From NCBI GenBank assembly GCA_044359535.1, contig JBIKLZ010000003.1, forward strand, positions 32,215 through 96,214: a stretch of DNA of 64,000 bases. Reading direction: 5' to 3'. The translations under genes and the position numbers were made by a program. The stretch's first letter is position 1. Every line of letters starts with the position of its first letter. Shown piece by piece: positions 38,558-47,760 of the stretch. This DNA is from Chlamydiia bacterium (GTDB taxonomy: Bacteria > Chlamydiota > Chlamydiia > Chlamydiales > 2-12-FULL-49-11). The notes under the pieces are model-generated. The model was not told the DNA's origin. It searched no databases and saw nothing but the letters and a program-made list of their open reading frames with translations.

Positions 38558-39163
38558 TTAACCTAAAGAAACAAGCCACTTAAAGGCTGTATAGTAATAA
38601 TAAAGGATTTTTTTTATCCTTTTTTGAAAATATTTCCCCTTCATTTTCCAAATATAGGGGTTTTCTTTCATTCTTTTTATCCAACTAAGGGATCTAAGCT
38701 CCCCTTTGAAAAGAGTTCTTTTTGAAAAGGCTTTTTTGTAGGGGAGGTGGAGAAAAATTTCGTTAGGAGGGCTTTTGTAAAGACGCTTATTAAAATATAG
38801 AGCCTCCTCTTGATCAAAAATAATGCCCTCTCCAGCTTGGGAAATATTGGAGTAAAAGACCCTTTTATGGCCAAGCAAAAACATTTCGGCTCTTGACATG
38901 TACTTCTTATTAAAGGTTTTTTGGTGAAGTATCCATATAATATTAAGGTTTAATTTTTCAAAATCTTCTGTCCGTCTTTTTGCTTCATTAAGGGAAATAG
39001 GGGAGCATTGAACTTCAAAAACAGTTTTTTGGGAGGGCCAATAGACATCTGCAATGTGAGATCCCACTTTATATTCTAGAACAACATCAGGAGAGGCAAT
39101 GATAGAAAGGATTTTGTTTTGAATTGTACGGTGAAGTCTGTTGTTAATATAATCCTTAGCCAT
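38558..39163 (-). CDS. CoiA-like competence nuclease-domain protein
   Basis: LEY...IADV...FEVQCSPIS...R...IIWIL matches the CoiA nuclease core. Confidence 0.7.
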   Translation of the reverse strand: MAKDYINNRLHRTIQNKILSIIASPDVVLEYKVGSHIADVYWPSQKTVFEVQCSPISLNEAKRRTEDFEKLNLNIIWILHQKTFNKKYMSRAEMFLLGHKRVFYSNISQAGEGIIFDQEEALYFNKRLYKSPPNEIFLHLPYKKAFSKRTLFKGELRSLSWIKRMKENPYIWKMKGKYFQKRIKKILYYYYTAFKWLVSLG

Positions 39164-39184
39164 AAGGGAAGTTACTATGAGCGA

Positions 39185-39220
39185 TAGACAATATTTAGTA
39201 AAGATGGTACCCTTTTTGCT
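39185..39220 (+). promoter_or_regulatory. Overlapping sigma70-type and sigma54-type promoter candidates for rpoD copy 1
   Basis: TAGACA-N17-TACCCT with an extended TG, and TGGTAC-N5-TTGCT (GG-N10-GC at 39206-39219). Confidence 0.45.
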
Positions 39221-39239
39221 CTAAAGGAGTTCAACCATT

Positions 39240-40901
39240 ATGTCTGAGCAAAGTTTGCTTGAAATTTCATATCATCAAAAAATTGAAGAGATCGTTGCTA
39301 TTGCAAAAGATCAAGGATTTATCACCTATGAAGACATCAATGATACCCTCCCTTTATCCATTGATTCAGCTGATGCACTAGATCAAATTATCATCTATTT
39401 AAATGGAATGGATGTTGAAATTTTAGACCAATTTGAGGTCGAAAAAAGGGCAGAAAGGGTAAAAGAAGCTAAAGAGGGACTCTCTACTAAAAGATCTGAA
39501 GGGGCCACCGATGATCCAGTAAGGATGTATTTAAAAGAAATGGGCTCTTCACCCCTACTTACTAGGGAACAAGAGGTTGAAATTTCAAAAAGGATTGAAA
39601 AAGCACAAAGTCAAGCAGAAAAAATTATCCTTCGTTTCAGATATTCAGTTTCAGAATCGCTTTCAATTATCCATTTTTTAATTGAAGGTAAAGAAAGGTT
39701 TGATAGGGTCATTACTGAAAAGAAAATTAATGATAAAAATCAATTTAATAAAATCCTCCCTAAATTATTTCATTTAATGAAAACTGAGGATGAAAAATTT
39801 TCTCATTACCTAACTCTTTTAGAAGATGAAACCCTGTCAAAAATTGAAAAAGCAAAAATTTCTGAAGAGGTTGAAAAAAGTTTGATTCGGACAGCTGCCT
39901 ATCTTAGAAGACTTCATTACCGCTATGAAATTATAGAAAGCTTTGGAGAGGTCATTTTATCTAGCTATGAAATCTTTTTGAAATTGGAAAATGAAATTAA
40001 AGAGCTAGCTCCAAGGGCAGAGAAAAATCGATTTGCAAAAGCAAAGCTGTATTCAGCACAGCAAAAGCTTCGTAAAAAGGAAGTGGCGGCAGGAAGATCT
40101 ATCATTGAGTTTAAAAAAGATGTAAAAATGTTAAAAAGGTGGATTGATAAGAGTCAAGAAGCTAAAAAAGAAATGGTTGAATCCAATCTTCGATTGGTGA
40201 TCTCTATTGCAAAAAAATTTACAAATCGGGGCCTTTCGTTTTTAGATTTGATCCAAGAGGGGAATATGGGCCTTATAAAGGCTGTAGAAAAATTTGAGTA
40301 CAGAAGGGGATATAAGTTTTCCACTTATGCTACTTGGTGGATAAGGCAAGCTGTACAACGGGCCATTTCTGATCAAGCAAGGACCATTCGTATCCCTGTT
40401 CACATGATTGAAACAATCAATAAAGTCCTTAGAGGGGCAAAGCGATTAATGATGGAAACAGGGAAAGAACCAAGTCCTGAAGAGCTCTCTAAAGTTTTAG
40501 GGATGAGTACCGATCGCATTCAAGAAATTTATAAAATTGCTCAACACCCTATTTCATTGCAATCAGAGGTTGGAGAAGCTGGCGATAGCCAATTTGGTGA
40601 CTTTTTAGAGGATGTGGGGGCCGAATCTCCTTCAGAAGCGACAGGGTATACAATTTTAAAAGACAAAATTAATGAGGTTTTATCTTCTCTATCAGAAAGA
40701 GAAAGGACAGTGTTGATTGAAAGATTCGGTTTAATCGATGGAAAGCCTAAAACCCTCGAGGAAGTGGGTGTCACTTTTAAGGTGACTCGAGAAAGGGTGC
40801 GGCAAATTGAGGCTAAAGCACTTAGGAAAATGAGACATCCGACAAGATCTTCTCAACTCCAAGCATTTTTAGAAGTGGCTAATAAAGCAAAGTGTGCATA
40901 A
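39240..40901 (+). CDS. rpoD: RNA polymerase primary-type sigma factor, divergent paralog (copy 1)
   Basis: Region 1.1 ([10 protein letters not shown]), [49 protein letters not shown]. Confidence 0.93.
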   Translation: MSEQSLLEISYHQKIEEIVAIAKDQGFITYEDINDTLPLSIDSADALDQIIIYLNGMDVEILDQFEVEKRAERVKEAKEGLSTKRSEGATDDPVRMYLKEMGSSPLLTREQEVEISKRIEKAQSQAEKIILRFRYSVSESLSIIHFLIEGKERFDRVITEKKINDKNQFNKILPKLFHLMKTEDEKFSHYLTLLEDETLSKIEKAKISEEVEKSLIRTAAYLRRLHYRYEIIESFGEVILSSYEIFLKLENEIKELAPRAEKNRFAKAKLYSAQQKLRKKEVAAGRSIIEFKKDVKMLKRWIDKSQEAKKEMVESNLRLVISIAKKFTNRGLSFLDLIQEGNMGLIKAVEKFEYRRGYKFSTYATWWIRQAVQRAISDQARTIRIPVHMIETINKVLRGAKRLMMETGKEPSPEELSKVLGMSTDRIQEIYKIAQHPISLQSEVGEAGDSQFGDFLEDVGAESPSEATGYTILKDKINEVLSSLSERERTVLIERFGLIDGKPKTLEEVGVTFKVTRERVRQIEAKALRKMRHPTRSSQLQAFLEVANKAKCA

Positions 40902-40937
40902 GGGTTCTAAAAAAACCTTAGAAAACTTATTTACTAA

Positions 40938-40966
40938 TTTACAATTTTTAATTGAAATGCTAGGAT
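40938..40966 (+). promoter_or_regulatory. sigma70/66-type promoter of rpoD copy 2
   Basis: TTTACA-N17-TAGGAT with an extended -10 TG. Confidence 0.6.
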
Positions 40967-40996
40967 GACATAACTCCTCTATGGGTATAGGTTTTT

Positions 40997-42670
40997 ATGT
41001 CCGATTCTTATCAAGCAAAAACGTTTGATCCTCAATATCAGCAAAAAATTGAAGAGATTGTAGCGATCTCAAAAGATCAGGGTTATATCACCTATGAGGA
41101 AATCAATGACATTCTCCCCATGAGTTTTGATTCTGCTGAAGAAATCGATCAAATATTGATTTTTTTAAGTGGTATGGACATCCAAATATTGAATCAAGTG
41201 GAGGTGGATCGTCAAAAAGAGCGAAAAAAAGAGGCAAAAGAGGTTGATGCCGCTCCAAAAAGGAGTGAAGGCTCTTCTGATGATCCTGTAAGGATGTATT
41301 TAAAGGAGATGGGATCAGTTCCCCTCCTTACTCGTGAAGAGGAAGTAGAGATTTCTAAACGTATTGAAAAGGCTCAAATACAAATTGAAAAAATCATTCT
41401 TCGATTCAGGTATGCAATTGGTGAAACCCTTTCAATGATTGAATTTTTAAATAAGGGGAAAGAGCGTTTTGATAAAATTGTTACGGAGAAGGAAATTACT
41501 GATAAGAAGAAATTTTTCGAGATCCTTCCAAAGCTCTATGTCCTTATGCAAGGGGAAGATGAAAAATTAGAAAGTTATCTTCGTGAGTCTAAAAGGGCTG
41601 GAATTTCAAAAATTGAAAAAGTGAAAGTTTTAGAAGAGCTTGAAAAAAGTAGAATTCGGGTTCAAGCCTACCTTAGGCGAATGCATTTTAAGTACGATAT
41701 TGTTGAGGATTTAGGAGAAGTGGTTTTATCCAGCTACGAGGTTTTTTTAAGTCTTGAAAAAGAAATTACCGACCTTACCCCTCGAGCAGAAAAAAATCGA
41801 TTTGCAAAAGCAAAGCTTTATTCCGCAAGTGAAAAGCTTTTTAGGTTAGAGCTTGCTGCTGGAAGGACAATTGATGAGTTTAAAAAAGATGTACGGATGC
41901 TTCAACGGTGGATGGATAAAAGCCGCGAGGCAAAAAGGGAGATGGTGGAGTCAAATTTACGCCTTGTGATCTCTATTGCAAAAAAATATACCAATAGAGG
42001 GCTCTCTTTTTTAGATCTTATTCAAGAGGGAAACATGGGTCTTATGAAGGCTGTAGAAAAATTTGAATACCGCAGAGGTTATAAATTTTCTACCTATGCC
42101 ACATGGTGGATACGGCAGGCTGTTACCCGTGCAATTGCTGATCAAGCAAGGACCATTCGTATCCCTGTTCATATGATTGAAACCATCAATAAAGTTCTTA
42201 GAGGGGCTAAAAAGCTGATGATGGAGACAGGCAAAGAGCCCACTCATGAGGAACTTGCTAAAGAATTGGGTTTATCCACTGAAAGAGTTCGAGAAATTTA
42301 TAAAATTGCCCAACACCCCATTTCATTGCAAGCGGAAGTAGGGGATAGTGGAGAGAGCCAATTTGGGGACTTTTTAGAGGATACAACAGTTGAATCGCCA
42401 GCTGATGCTACAGGCTATTCTATTTTGAAAGAAAAAATGAATGAAGTTTTGCACTCTCTTACTGAGAGGGAAAGAACTGTCCTTATTGAACGATTTGGTC
42501 TTTTGGATGGAAAACCTAAAACTTTAGAAGAGGTGGGTCTTCACTTTAAAGTCACCCGAGAAAGAGTAAGGCAAATTGAAGCAAAAGCATTGAGGAAAAT
42601 GAGACATCCAACAAGAGCGGGACAGCTTCAAGCATTTTTAGAAGCTATTGAGAAAAATACCCATGGTTAA
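40997..42670 (+). CDS. rpoD: RNA polymerase primary sigma factor (sigma66), canonical copy
   Basis: All regions 1.1-4.2 present, with consensus [14 protein letters not shown] and [11 protein letters not shown]. Confidence 0.97.
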   Translation: MSDSYQAKTFDPQYQQKIEEIVAISKDQGYITYEEINDILPMSFDSAEEIDQILIFLSGMDIQILNQVEVDRQKERKKEAKEVDAAPKRSEGSSDDPVRMYLKEMGSVPLLTREEEVEISKRIEKAQIQIEKIILRFRYAIGETLSMIEFLNKGKERFDKIVTEKEITDKKKFFEILPKLYVLMQGEDEKLESYLRESKRAGISKIEKVKVLEELEKSRIRVQAYLRRMHFKYDIVEDLGEVVLSSYEVFLSLEKEITDLTPRAEKNRFAKAKLYSASEKLFRLELAAGRTIDEFKKDVRMLQRWMDKSREAKREMVESNLRLVISIAKKYTNRGLSFLDLIQEGNMGLMKAVEKFEYRRGYKFSTYATWWIRQAVTRAIADQARTIRIPVHMIETINKVLRGAKKLMMETGKEPTHEELAKELGLSTERVREIYKIAQHPISLQAEVGDSGESQFGDFLEDTTVESPADATGYSILKEKMNEVLHSLTERERTVLIERFGLLDGKPKTLEEVGLHFKVTRERVRQIEAKALRKMRHPTRAGQLQAFLEAIEKNTHG

Positions 42671-42722
42671 CCAATTTTTTATAGAAATTATATCTTCATT
42701 TCCTTATACTTTTCCTCATCAT

Positions 42723-42795
42723 GGGGTGTTAGCTCAGTTGGTAGAGCGTAACGCTGGCAGCGTTGAGGTCATCGGTTCGATCCCGTTACACTCCA
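42723..42795 (+). tRNA. tRNA-Ala (GGC)
   Basis: Acceptor stem GGGGTGT/ACACTCC with G3:U70, D-arm AGCTCAGTTGGTAGAGC, anticodon loop CTGGCAG, T-loop GGTTCGATCC; CCA not encoded. Confidence 0.96.
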
Positions 42796-42814
42796 CATGT
42801 ATTTTTGAGGGAAG

Positions 42815-43996
42815 ATGACTATTACCGATAATTTAGAAGATCCAGGGACAGACCCTATTTTTGGGATCCAAACAGAGTATCAACAAGATCTTCGCCCTTT
42901 TAAAATAGATCTAACAGTAGGCGTTTATGTCGGAGAAAATGAAAAAAAGCCTTCGATTTTTTCAAGTGTAAAAGAAGCTGAAAAAGAGCTCATCGAGACA
43001 GAAACGACAAAATCTTACCTAAGTATTGCTGGAGATAGGGTTTTTTTAGAAAAAACAGCCCACCTTATTTTTGGAGAGTGTGATCTATCAAAAATGGCCA
43101 TGGTTCAAACTGTGGGAGGGACCTCTGCTTTACATTTAGGATGGGAATTTTTAAAAAAGCGTGGGTTTTCTACCGTCTCTCTTTCTAACCCAACATGGGA
43201 TAACCACCTTCAAATTCTCAATGCTTTAGGCTATACCCCCCTCTCCTACCCTCAATTAGAAGGGGCTTTTGACTTTTCTCTCATTACAAATCATTTAAAA
43301 AGCCTCCCAAAAAAGACAGTTGTCCTCCTTCAAGCAAAAAGCCATAACCCAACAGGGGTTGATTTTACTAAAAAGCAGTGGGAAGAGCTTTCCACAATTT
43401 TGAAAGAACGGAACCTTTTCCCTTTTATTGATTCTGCATATCAAGGGTTTGCTCATTCTATCGATGAGGATGCGTGGCTCATCCGTCTTTTATTAAAAGA
43501 AAAGCATGAGTTTTTTGTCGCCCATTCCTATTCAAAATCATTTGGATTGTACAATGAAAGGGTGGGGGCCTTCTATGGAATTTTTGATAATGCAGATCAG
43601 GCTAAGCTTGTTCAAAGTAACTTAAATCGTCTTGTTCGTGTTAACTATTCAAACCCCCCTTCGCATGGTTCATCTGTGATTAAGACCATTCTTAGTAATC
43701 CAAAACTTAAGACTTCTTGGATAGATGAATTAAGTGGACAAAGGGACCGAATGAATGCCATTCGAAATAAATTAGCCGATGCCTTAGCCCCGATTTTTGA
43801 TGAAAATGTGATCTTAACGATAAAAAAAGGGCATGGATTTTTCTGTCAATTGCCGTTGAAAAGGGATGAAATTTATCAATTAAAAAAAGAGTATGCTATC
43901 TATATGACTCAATCAGGAAGAATTAGTCTTCCAGGACTTAAAGAAAGCAGCTTTGACTATGTTCTTGATTCAATAAGGAAGGTAAAAGGACTCTAA
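42815..43996 (+). CDS. aspC: Aspartate/aromatic amino acid aminotransferase (AspC/TyrB)
   Basis: DPIFG, VQTVGGTSAL, HNPTGVD, DSAYQGF, SYSKSFGLYNERVG, SGRI. Confidence 0.92.
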   Translation: MTITDNLEDPGTDPIFGIQTEYQQDLRPFKIDLTVGVYVGENEKKPSIFSSVKEAEKELIETETTKSYLSIAGDRVFLEKTAHLIFGECDLSKMAMVQTVGGTSALHLGWEFLKKRGFSTVSLSNPTWDNHLQILNALGYTPLSYPQLEGAFDFSLITNHLKSLPKKTVVLLQAKSHNPTGVDFTKKQWEELSTILKERNLFPFIDSAYQGFAHSIDEDAWLIRLLLKEKHEFFVAHSYSKSFGLYNERVGAFYGIFDNADQAKLVQSNLNRLVRVNYSNPPSHGSSVIKTILSNPKLKTSWIDELSGQRDRMNAIRNKLADALAPIFDENVILTIKKGHGFFCQLPLKRDEIYQLKKEYAIYMTQSGRISLPGLKESSFDYVLDSIRKVKGL

Positions 43997-45058
43997 ATGA
44001 AAAAAAGGACATGGCTTTCTTATTTTCTTTTGGGGATTTTTTGTTTTGCCCTCCTTAATTTTCAGCCCCCATTTCTATTGCGCTTCCAAGGCCCTTTCTT
44101 TGGCTTTGAAGAACTGTTTGCGGCCTCTTTTATAGATCCAAAAACGTTAGAAATTTCAGATTTACAAAAGGAAAATGCCCATTTAAAAAAACAAATTGAA
44201 GCGGCCACTGCCTTTTTACTTTCATCCGATCATATTGAAAAGATCTATAAAAAATGCTCTGCTTATGACGTTGCAAACAAAGAGGCTTTTTCTTCATTTT
44301 ATGCTCGCCGCCTTGAGGAAATGGTCTTATTTTTGAATCAGGCTAAATGGCAAATTCCTTGTAATGTCATTTATAGAGATCCAGCAAACTGGAGCAGTGC
44401 CATTTGGGTCGATGTGGGCTCAAAAGACAATGCCCTCTATAAAAGGGAAATTATTGCTATTAATAGCCCTGTCATTTTTGGAAATCAACTTGTTGGGGTT
44501 GTTGAAAAGGTTGAAAAAGGGAAAAGCCTTGTTCGACTCATCACCGATTCAAGGGTAAATCCTGCCGTTCGATGTGTTCGGGGTGGGGAGCAAAAGACCT
44601 ACATTCATAACGCTTGTAAACAACTTAAAGACCTCCTTCAAATTCATGGAGATACCCTTTATAGCGGTGTTATTGACCAATTAGACACTCTTATTTCTTC
44701 TTTTAATAATGAGGATCAAAGTTATTACCTTGCAAAAGGGTATATGATGGGAAGTAGCACCCCTATTTGGAGGTCAAGGTCCCTTACTCTTCAAGGGGTA
44801 GGGTTTAATTATGATTTTGGCGATGAAGAGGGACCTCCAAAATCCATTCATGATCCATCTCAGATTCCCTTATTTCAAAAAGGGGATCTTCTTTTAACTA
44901 CCGGTCTTGATGGAGTTTTCCCCTCTGGATTAGTTGTCGGTTATGTTAAAGAGGTCTTTCCATTAAAAGAGGGGGCAGTTTCTTGTGATCTAGAAGCTAA
45001 AATACCTCTGCCGGAGTTTTCCGACTTAAGAAAGGTGACAATATTACCTCCGATGTAA
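43997..45058 (+). CDS. mreC: Rod shape-determining protein MreC
   Basis: Coiled coil, LVGVV...SLVRLITD, GDLLLTTGLDGVFPSGLVVG. Confidence 0.88.
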   Translation: MKKRTWLSYFLLGIFCFALLNFQPPFLLRFQGPFFGFEELFAASFIDPKTLEISDLQKENAHLKKQIEAATAFLLSSDHIEKIYKKCSAYDVANKEAFSSFYARRLEEMVLFLNQAKWQIPCNVIYRDPANWSSAIWVDVGSKDNALYKREIIAINSPVIFGNQLVGVVEKVEKGKSLVRLITDSRVNPAVRCVRGGEQKTYIHNACKQLKDLLQIHGDTLYSGVIDQLDTLISSFNNEDQSYYLAKGYMMGSSTPIWRSRSLTLQGVGFNYDFGDEEGPPKSIHDPSQIPLFQKGDLLLTTGLDGVFPSGLVVGYVKEVFPLKEGAVSCDLEAKIPLPEFSDLRKVTILPPM

Positions 45059-45065
45059 ATCGGGT

Positions 45066-45986
45066 TTACATTTTGAATACATCTTCATAGAGTTCTTTTC
45101 TTGTATTTGCATATGTAGAGATCTCTTGATGCGGGTAGGGGTCTTTTTTATCTACAACCACTCCACATTGAGTGAGTGGATTTTGATTGAGTTCAGTAAA
45201 AAAAAGGGGTTTATTGAAGATTAAAAAGTCAGTGCCAATTGAGCTGTGATCTGTATAAAGGGCGTCGATCTTTGATAAAAGGGGATAAATAGGGAAAAAG
45301 TTCTCAATAAAGGTCACCCTATCGGTAGATTCATATTTAACTTTAAGGGCTGAAAAAAAGCCCTTTTTATAGGTGTTTGGATGAAGCTTTATAAATAGAT
45401 GGAATTTTTTTGGCTTCTTAGCAATCAAATGTGTGATCCAATCTTCAACATTATATTCCCAAGAGGGAGCATACAAGAGGTTCCCCTCTTTTGAAAAGCT
45501 AAACATTTTTTCGACCATAGAGGTGTAAAACTCTTTGTGTTTTAAAAAATAGTGGAGTCTAAAATTGCCTACATAGATTGTTTTGTCAAGGACGTTGTTT
45601 GGGAGCATTTTTTTCATTTTTTCCCCATAAATTAAAAGACGATCTTCATGAATAAGGGGCGACAAATTTTTTTTGTCAGAGGCTCCATGAGGGAGAAAGT
45701 AGGTGCGCATTCTTTTTTTAAGGGTAAGTTCATCAAATAAAAAGATGGGGTCAATGATTTGTCTAGGAAGGGTTGTAATAAGGGTTGAAAAATGTGTTGT
45801 GATCTCTTGTGCAACACTATTTGGATCGATATAAATCGCATTAATCTCTATGTATTGTTCTTTAATCCATTCATAAAGGGTTTTAGAGGTGATATAGAGA
45901 GGAATCCCTAATAAAGAGCTTATCGGGACAATATGATCGATATGTCCATCATCTCTTCCGTATAAAAGGGCTGCAATATTCTTCAT
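45066..45986 (-). CDS. CDP-glycerol glycerophosphotransferase (TagB/TagF-like) family protein
   Basis: LPHG.SDK, LYAPSW, IKLHP, DALYTDHSSIGTDFL..NKP; start moved to ATG 45986. Confidence 0.78.
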   Translation of the reverse strand: MKNIAALLYGRDDGHIDHIVPISSLLGIPLYITSKTLYEWIKEQYIEINAIYIDPNSVAQEITTHFSTLITTLPRQIIDPIFLFDELTLKKRMRTYFLPHGASDKKNLSPLIHEDRLLIYGEKMKKMLPNNVLDKTIYVGNFRLHYFLKHKEFYTSMVEKMFSFSKEGNLLYAPSWEYNVEDWITHLIAKKPKKFHLFIKLHPNTYKKGFFSALKVKYESTDRVTFIENFFPIYPLLSKIDALYTDHSSIGTDFLIFNKPLFFTELNQNPLTQCGVVVDKKDPYPHQEISTYANTRKELYEDVFKM

Positions 45987-46075
45987 GACTGTTTTATAAC
46001 AAGAGAGGGGTAAAAAAACTAGACTTTTCCACCCTCTACTTATATCATTTCCTTTTTTTATAAAAGGAGACAACT

Positions 46076-47092
46076 ATTTCACAGGAGCTAAATAAATGGT
46101 TTATAGAAGAGCAAAGGGACTTTCCTTGGAGAAGGGATAGATCCCCCTATTCTGTCCTTGTTTCAGAAATTATGCTCCAACAAACACAAGCTGTTACTGT
46201 TTTGCCCTATTATCTTCGTTGGATGGAAACATTCCCAGATTTTTTAACCCTGTCAAAAGCATCAGATCTAGAAGTGATAAAGTGTTGGGAGGGGTTAGGG
46301 TACTATTCAAGGGCAAGAAATTTGAAAGGTATTGCCTTAAGGGTGGTTGAAGAGTTTAACGGAACATTTCCTTCTGATTATGAGGATATCCTCTCATTTA
46401 AGGGAATAGGCCCCTATACAGCGGCAGCTATTTCCCATTTTGCCTTTCAAAAGAGGGCAATAGGTGCAGATGGAAATATCAATAGAGTCATTGCAAGGTA
46501 TTACGGGCATAAAAAAAGGGTAGATATAGAGGGGGGAATTCTCCATTTTTTAGATCAATTTCTCCCCTTTCAAAAAAGTGAGCTCACCTTTGAAGCTCTT
46601 ATAGAGCTTGGCGCCACTTATTGTACAAAAAAGCCAAAGTGTCATTTTTGCCCAATAAAGGAAAAGTGTGTCGCTTTTAATGAGGAATTGACAGCTGTCC
46701 TCCCTATTGTAAAGCAAAGACAAAAAGTTGAAAAACTTTATAGAAGGGTCTTTATTATAGAAATGGATGGAAAAATTGTTGTAAAAAGGGGGCAAAAAGG
46801 GCTTATGGAAGGATTAGTGGAATTTCCTTATCTAGAAATGGACCCCTCTTTAGATCCTTTAAAAGGGATTCAAACCCTTTTTTCATGCACACTCCACCTT
46901 ATTTCTGAAGGAAAAATGATTGTTCAATCGTTTACAAAGTATAAAGCCTATTTATTTCCATTTTTTTGTTCTCTTTCTGGAACAATTAGATGCCCAGAAG
47001 GTTACACACTTATTTCTATAGAAGAGCTTTTTTTATACCCATTTTCATCAGGGCATAAAAAGATTTTGGAGAACTATCTTATTGCAAGATAA
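46076..47092 (+). CDS. mutY: A/G-specific adenine DNA glycosylase, probable ATT start
   Basis: The conserved N-terminus WF...RDFPWRR..SPYSVLVSEIMLQQT lies upstream of ATG 46172; also GLGYYSRARNL, GIGPYTA and the Fe-S motif CTKKPKCHFCPIKEKC. Confidence 0.93.
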   Translation: MSQELNKWFIEEQRDFPWRRDRSPYSVLVSEIMLQQTQAVTVLPYYLRWMETFPDFLTLSKASDLEVIKCWEGLGYYSRARNLKGIALRVVEEFNGTFPSDYEDILSFKGIGPYTAAAISHFAFQKRAIGADGNINRVIARYYGHKKRVDIEGGILHFLDQFLPFQKSELTFEALIELGATYCTKKPKCHFCPIKEKCVAFNEELTAVLPIVKQRQKVEKLYRRVFIIEMDGKIVVKRGQKGLMEGLVEFPYLEMDPSLDPLKGIQTLFSCTLHLISEGKMIVQSFTKYKAYLFPFFCSLSGTIRCPEGYTLISIEELFLYPFSSGHKKILENYLIAR

Positions 47093-47117
47093 TCCTTGTT
47101 TCAAGTAATGAAAAGGG

Positions 47118-47666
47118 ATGAAAGGGATGAAAAAGGCTGCTGAATTTATAGAGATTGCTCCTTGTGTAAGGGAAAAAGGCTCTGTCCACGAATTTTCTGA
47201 AGTGATTGGGAAAATAACCAAAGATTTTGGGGTCAAAAATGTCATTGATTTTGGCTGTGGGGATGGAAAGCTCTGTAAAGGATTTGCTAGAGAGGATTAT
47301 TTAGGTTTAGATAGTGATGAAACTATTTTACAGATTGCAAGAAATACCTTTTTTGACTACACCTTTGCCCTTCCGACAAATACCATTTACAGTGCCGATA
47401 TGGTTATTGCATGCAGAGTCTTATCCGAGCTTGAGGAAGAAAGGATTCATGAAGTGATTAGAAATATGCGTTGCAAGTGGTTTCTTATTGCCGAACCCTT
47501 AAGTGAGATTTCTTTTAACAAAAGAGATCTTGAAGGGTATAAAAAGATGATGCGCTCCCACGATTTGCTCCTTTTCCAACATAGGGTAACACCTTTAGAA
47601 GGGGGAAATCATAAAGAGATCTCCTTTTTATTGTTTAAACGGTGTGGAAGAAATCCTAACTCTTAA
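47118..47666 (+). CDS. Class I SAM-dependent methyltransferase
   Basis: VIDFGCGDG and YLGLD motifs. Confidence 0.75.
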   Translation: MKGMKKAAEFIEIAPCVREKGSVHEFSEVIGKITKDFGVKNVIDFGCGDGKLCKGFAREDYLGLDSDETILQIARNTFFDYTFALPTNTIYSADMVIACRVLSELEEERIHEVIRNMRCKWFLIAEPLSEISFNKRDLEGYKKMMRSHDLLLFQHRVTPLEGGNHKEISFLLFKRCGRNPNS

Positions 47667-47693
47667 ATTTTTCTCTACACTTTTTTAAATATC

Positions 47694-47722
47694 TTGATTC
47701 TATAGGATTCTATCCTTATAAT
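47694..47722 (+). promoter_or_regulatory. sigma70/66-type promoter of the MORN-repeat gene
   Basis: TTGATT-N17-TATAAT. Confidence 0.6.
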
Positions 47723-47760
47723 CCCCCCATTAACTGCAAAAGTCTACGTAGAGGGTTCTT

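Noticed and set aside
30401-39219. Identical 13-mer GTACCCTTTTTGC upstream of uvrD (30401-30413) and rpoD copy 1 (39207-39219)
   Set aside because: CCCTTT/AAAGGG words are very common in this sequence, the uvrD copy lacks the GG needed for sigma54, and two instances do not support a regulon.
42723-42815. tRNA-Ala as a possible island integration site
   Set aside because: No integrase and no repeat of the tRNA 3' end were seen; the flanking genes are housekeeping.
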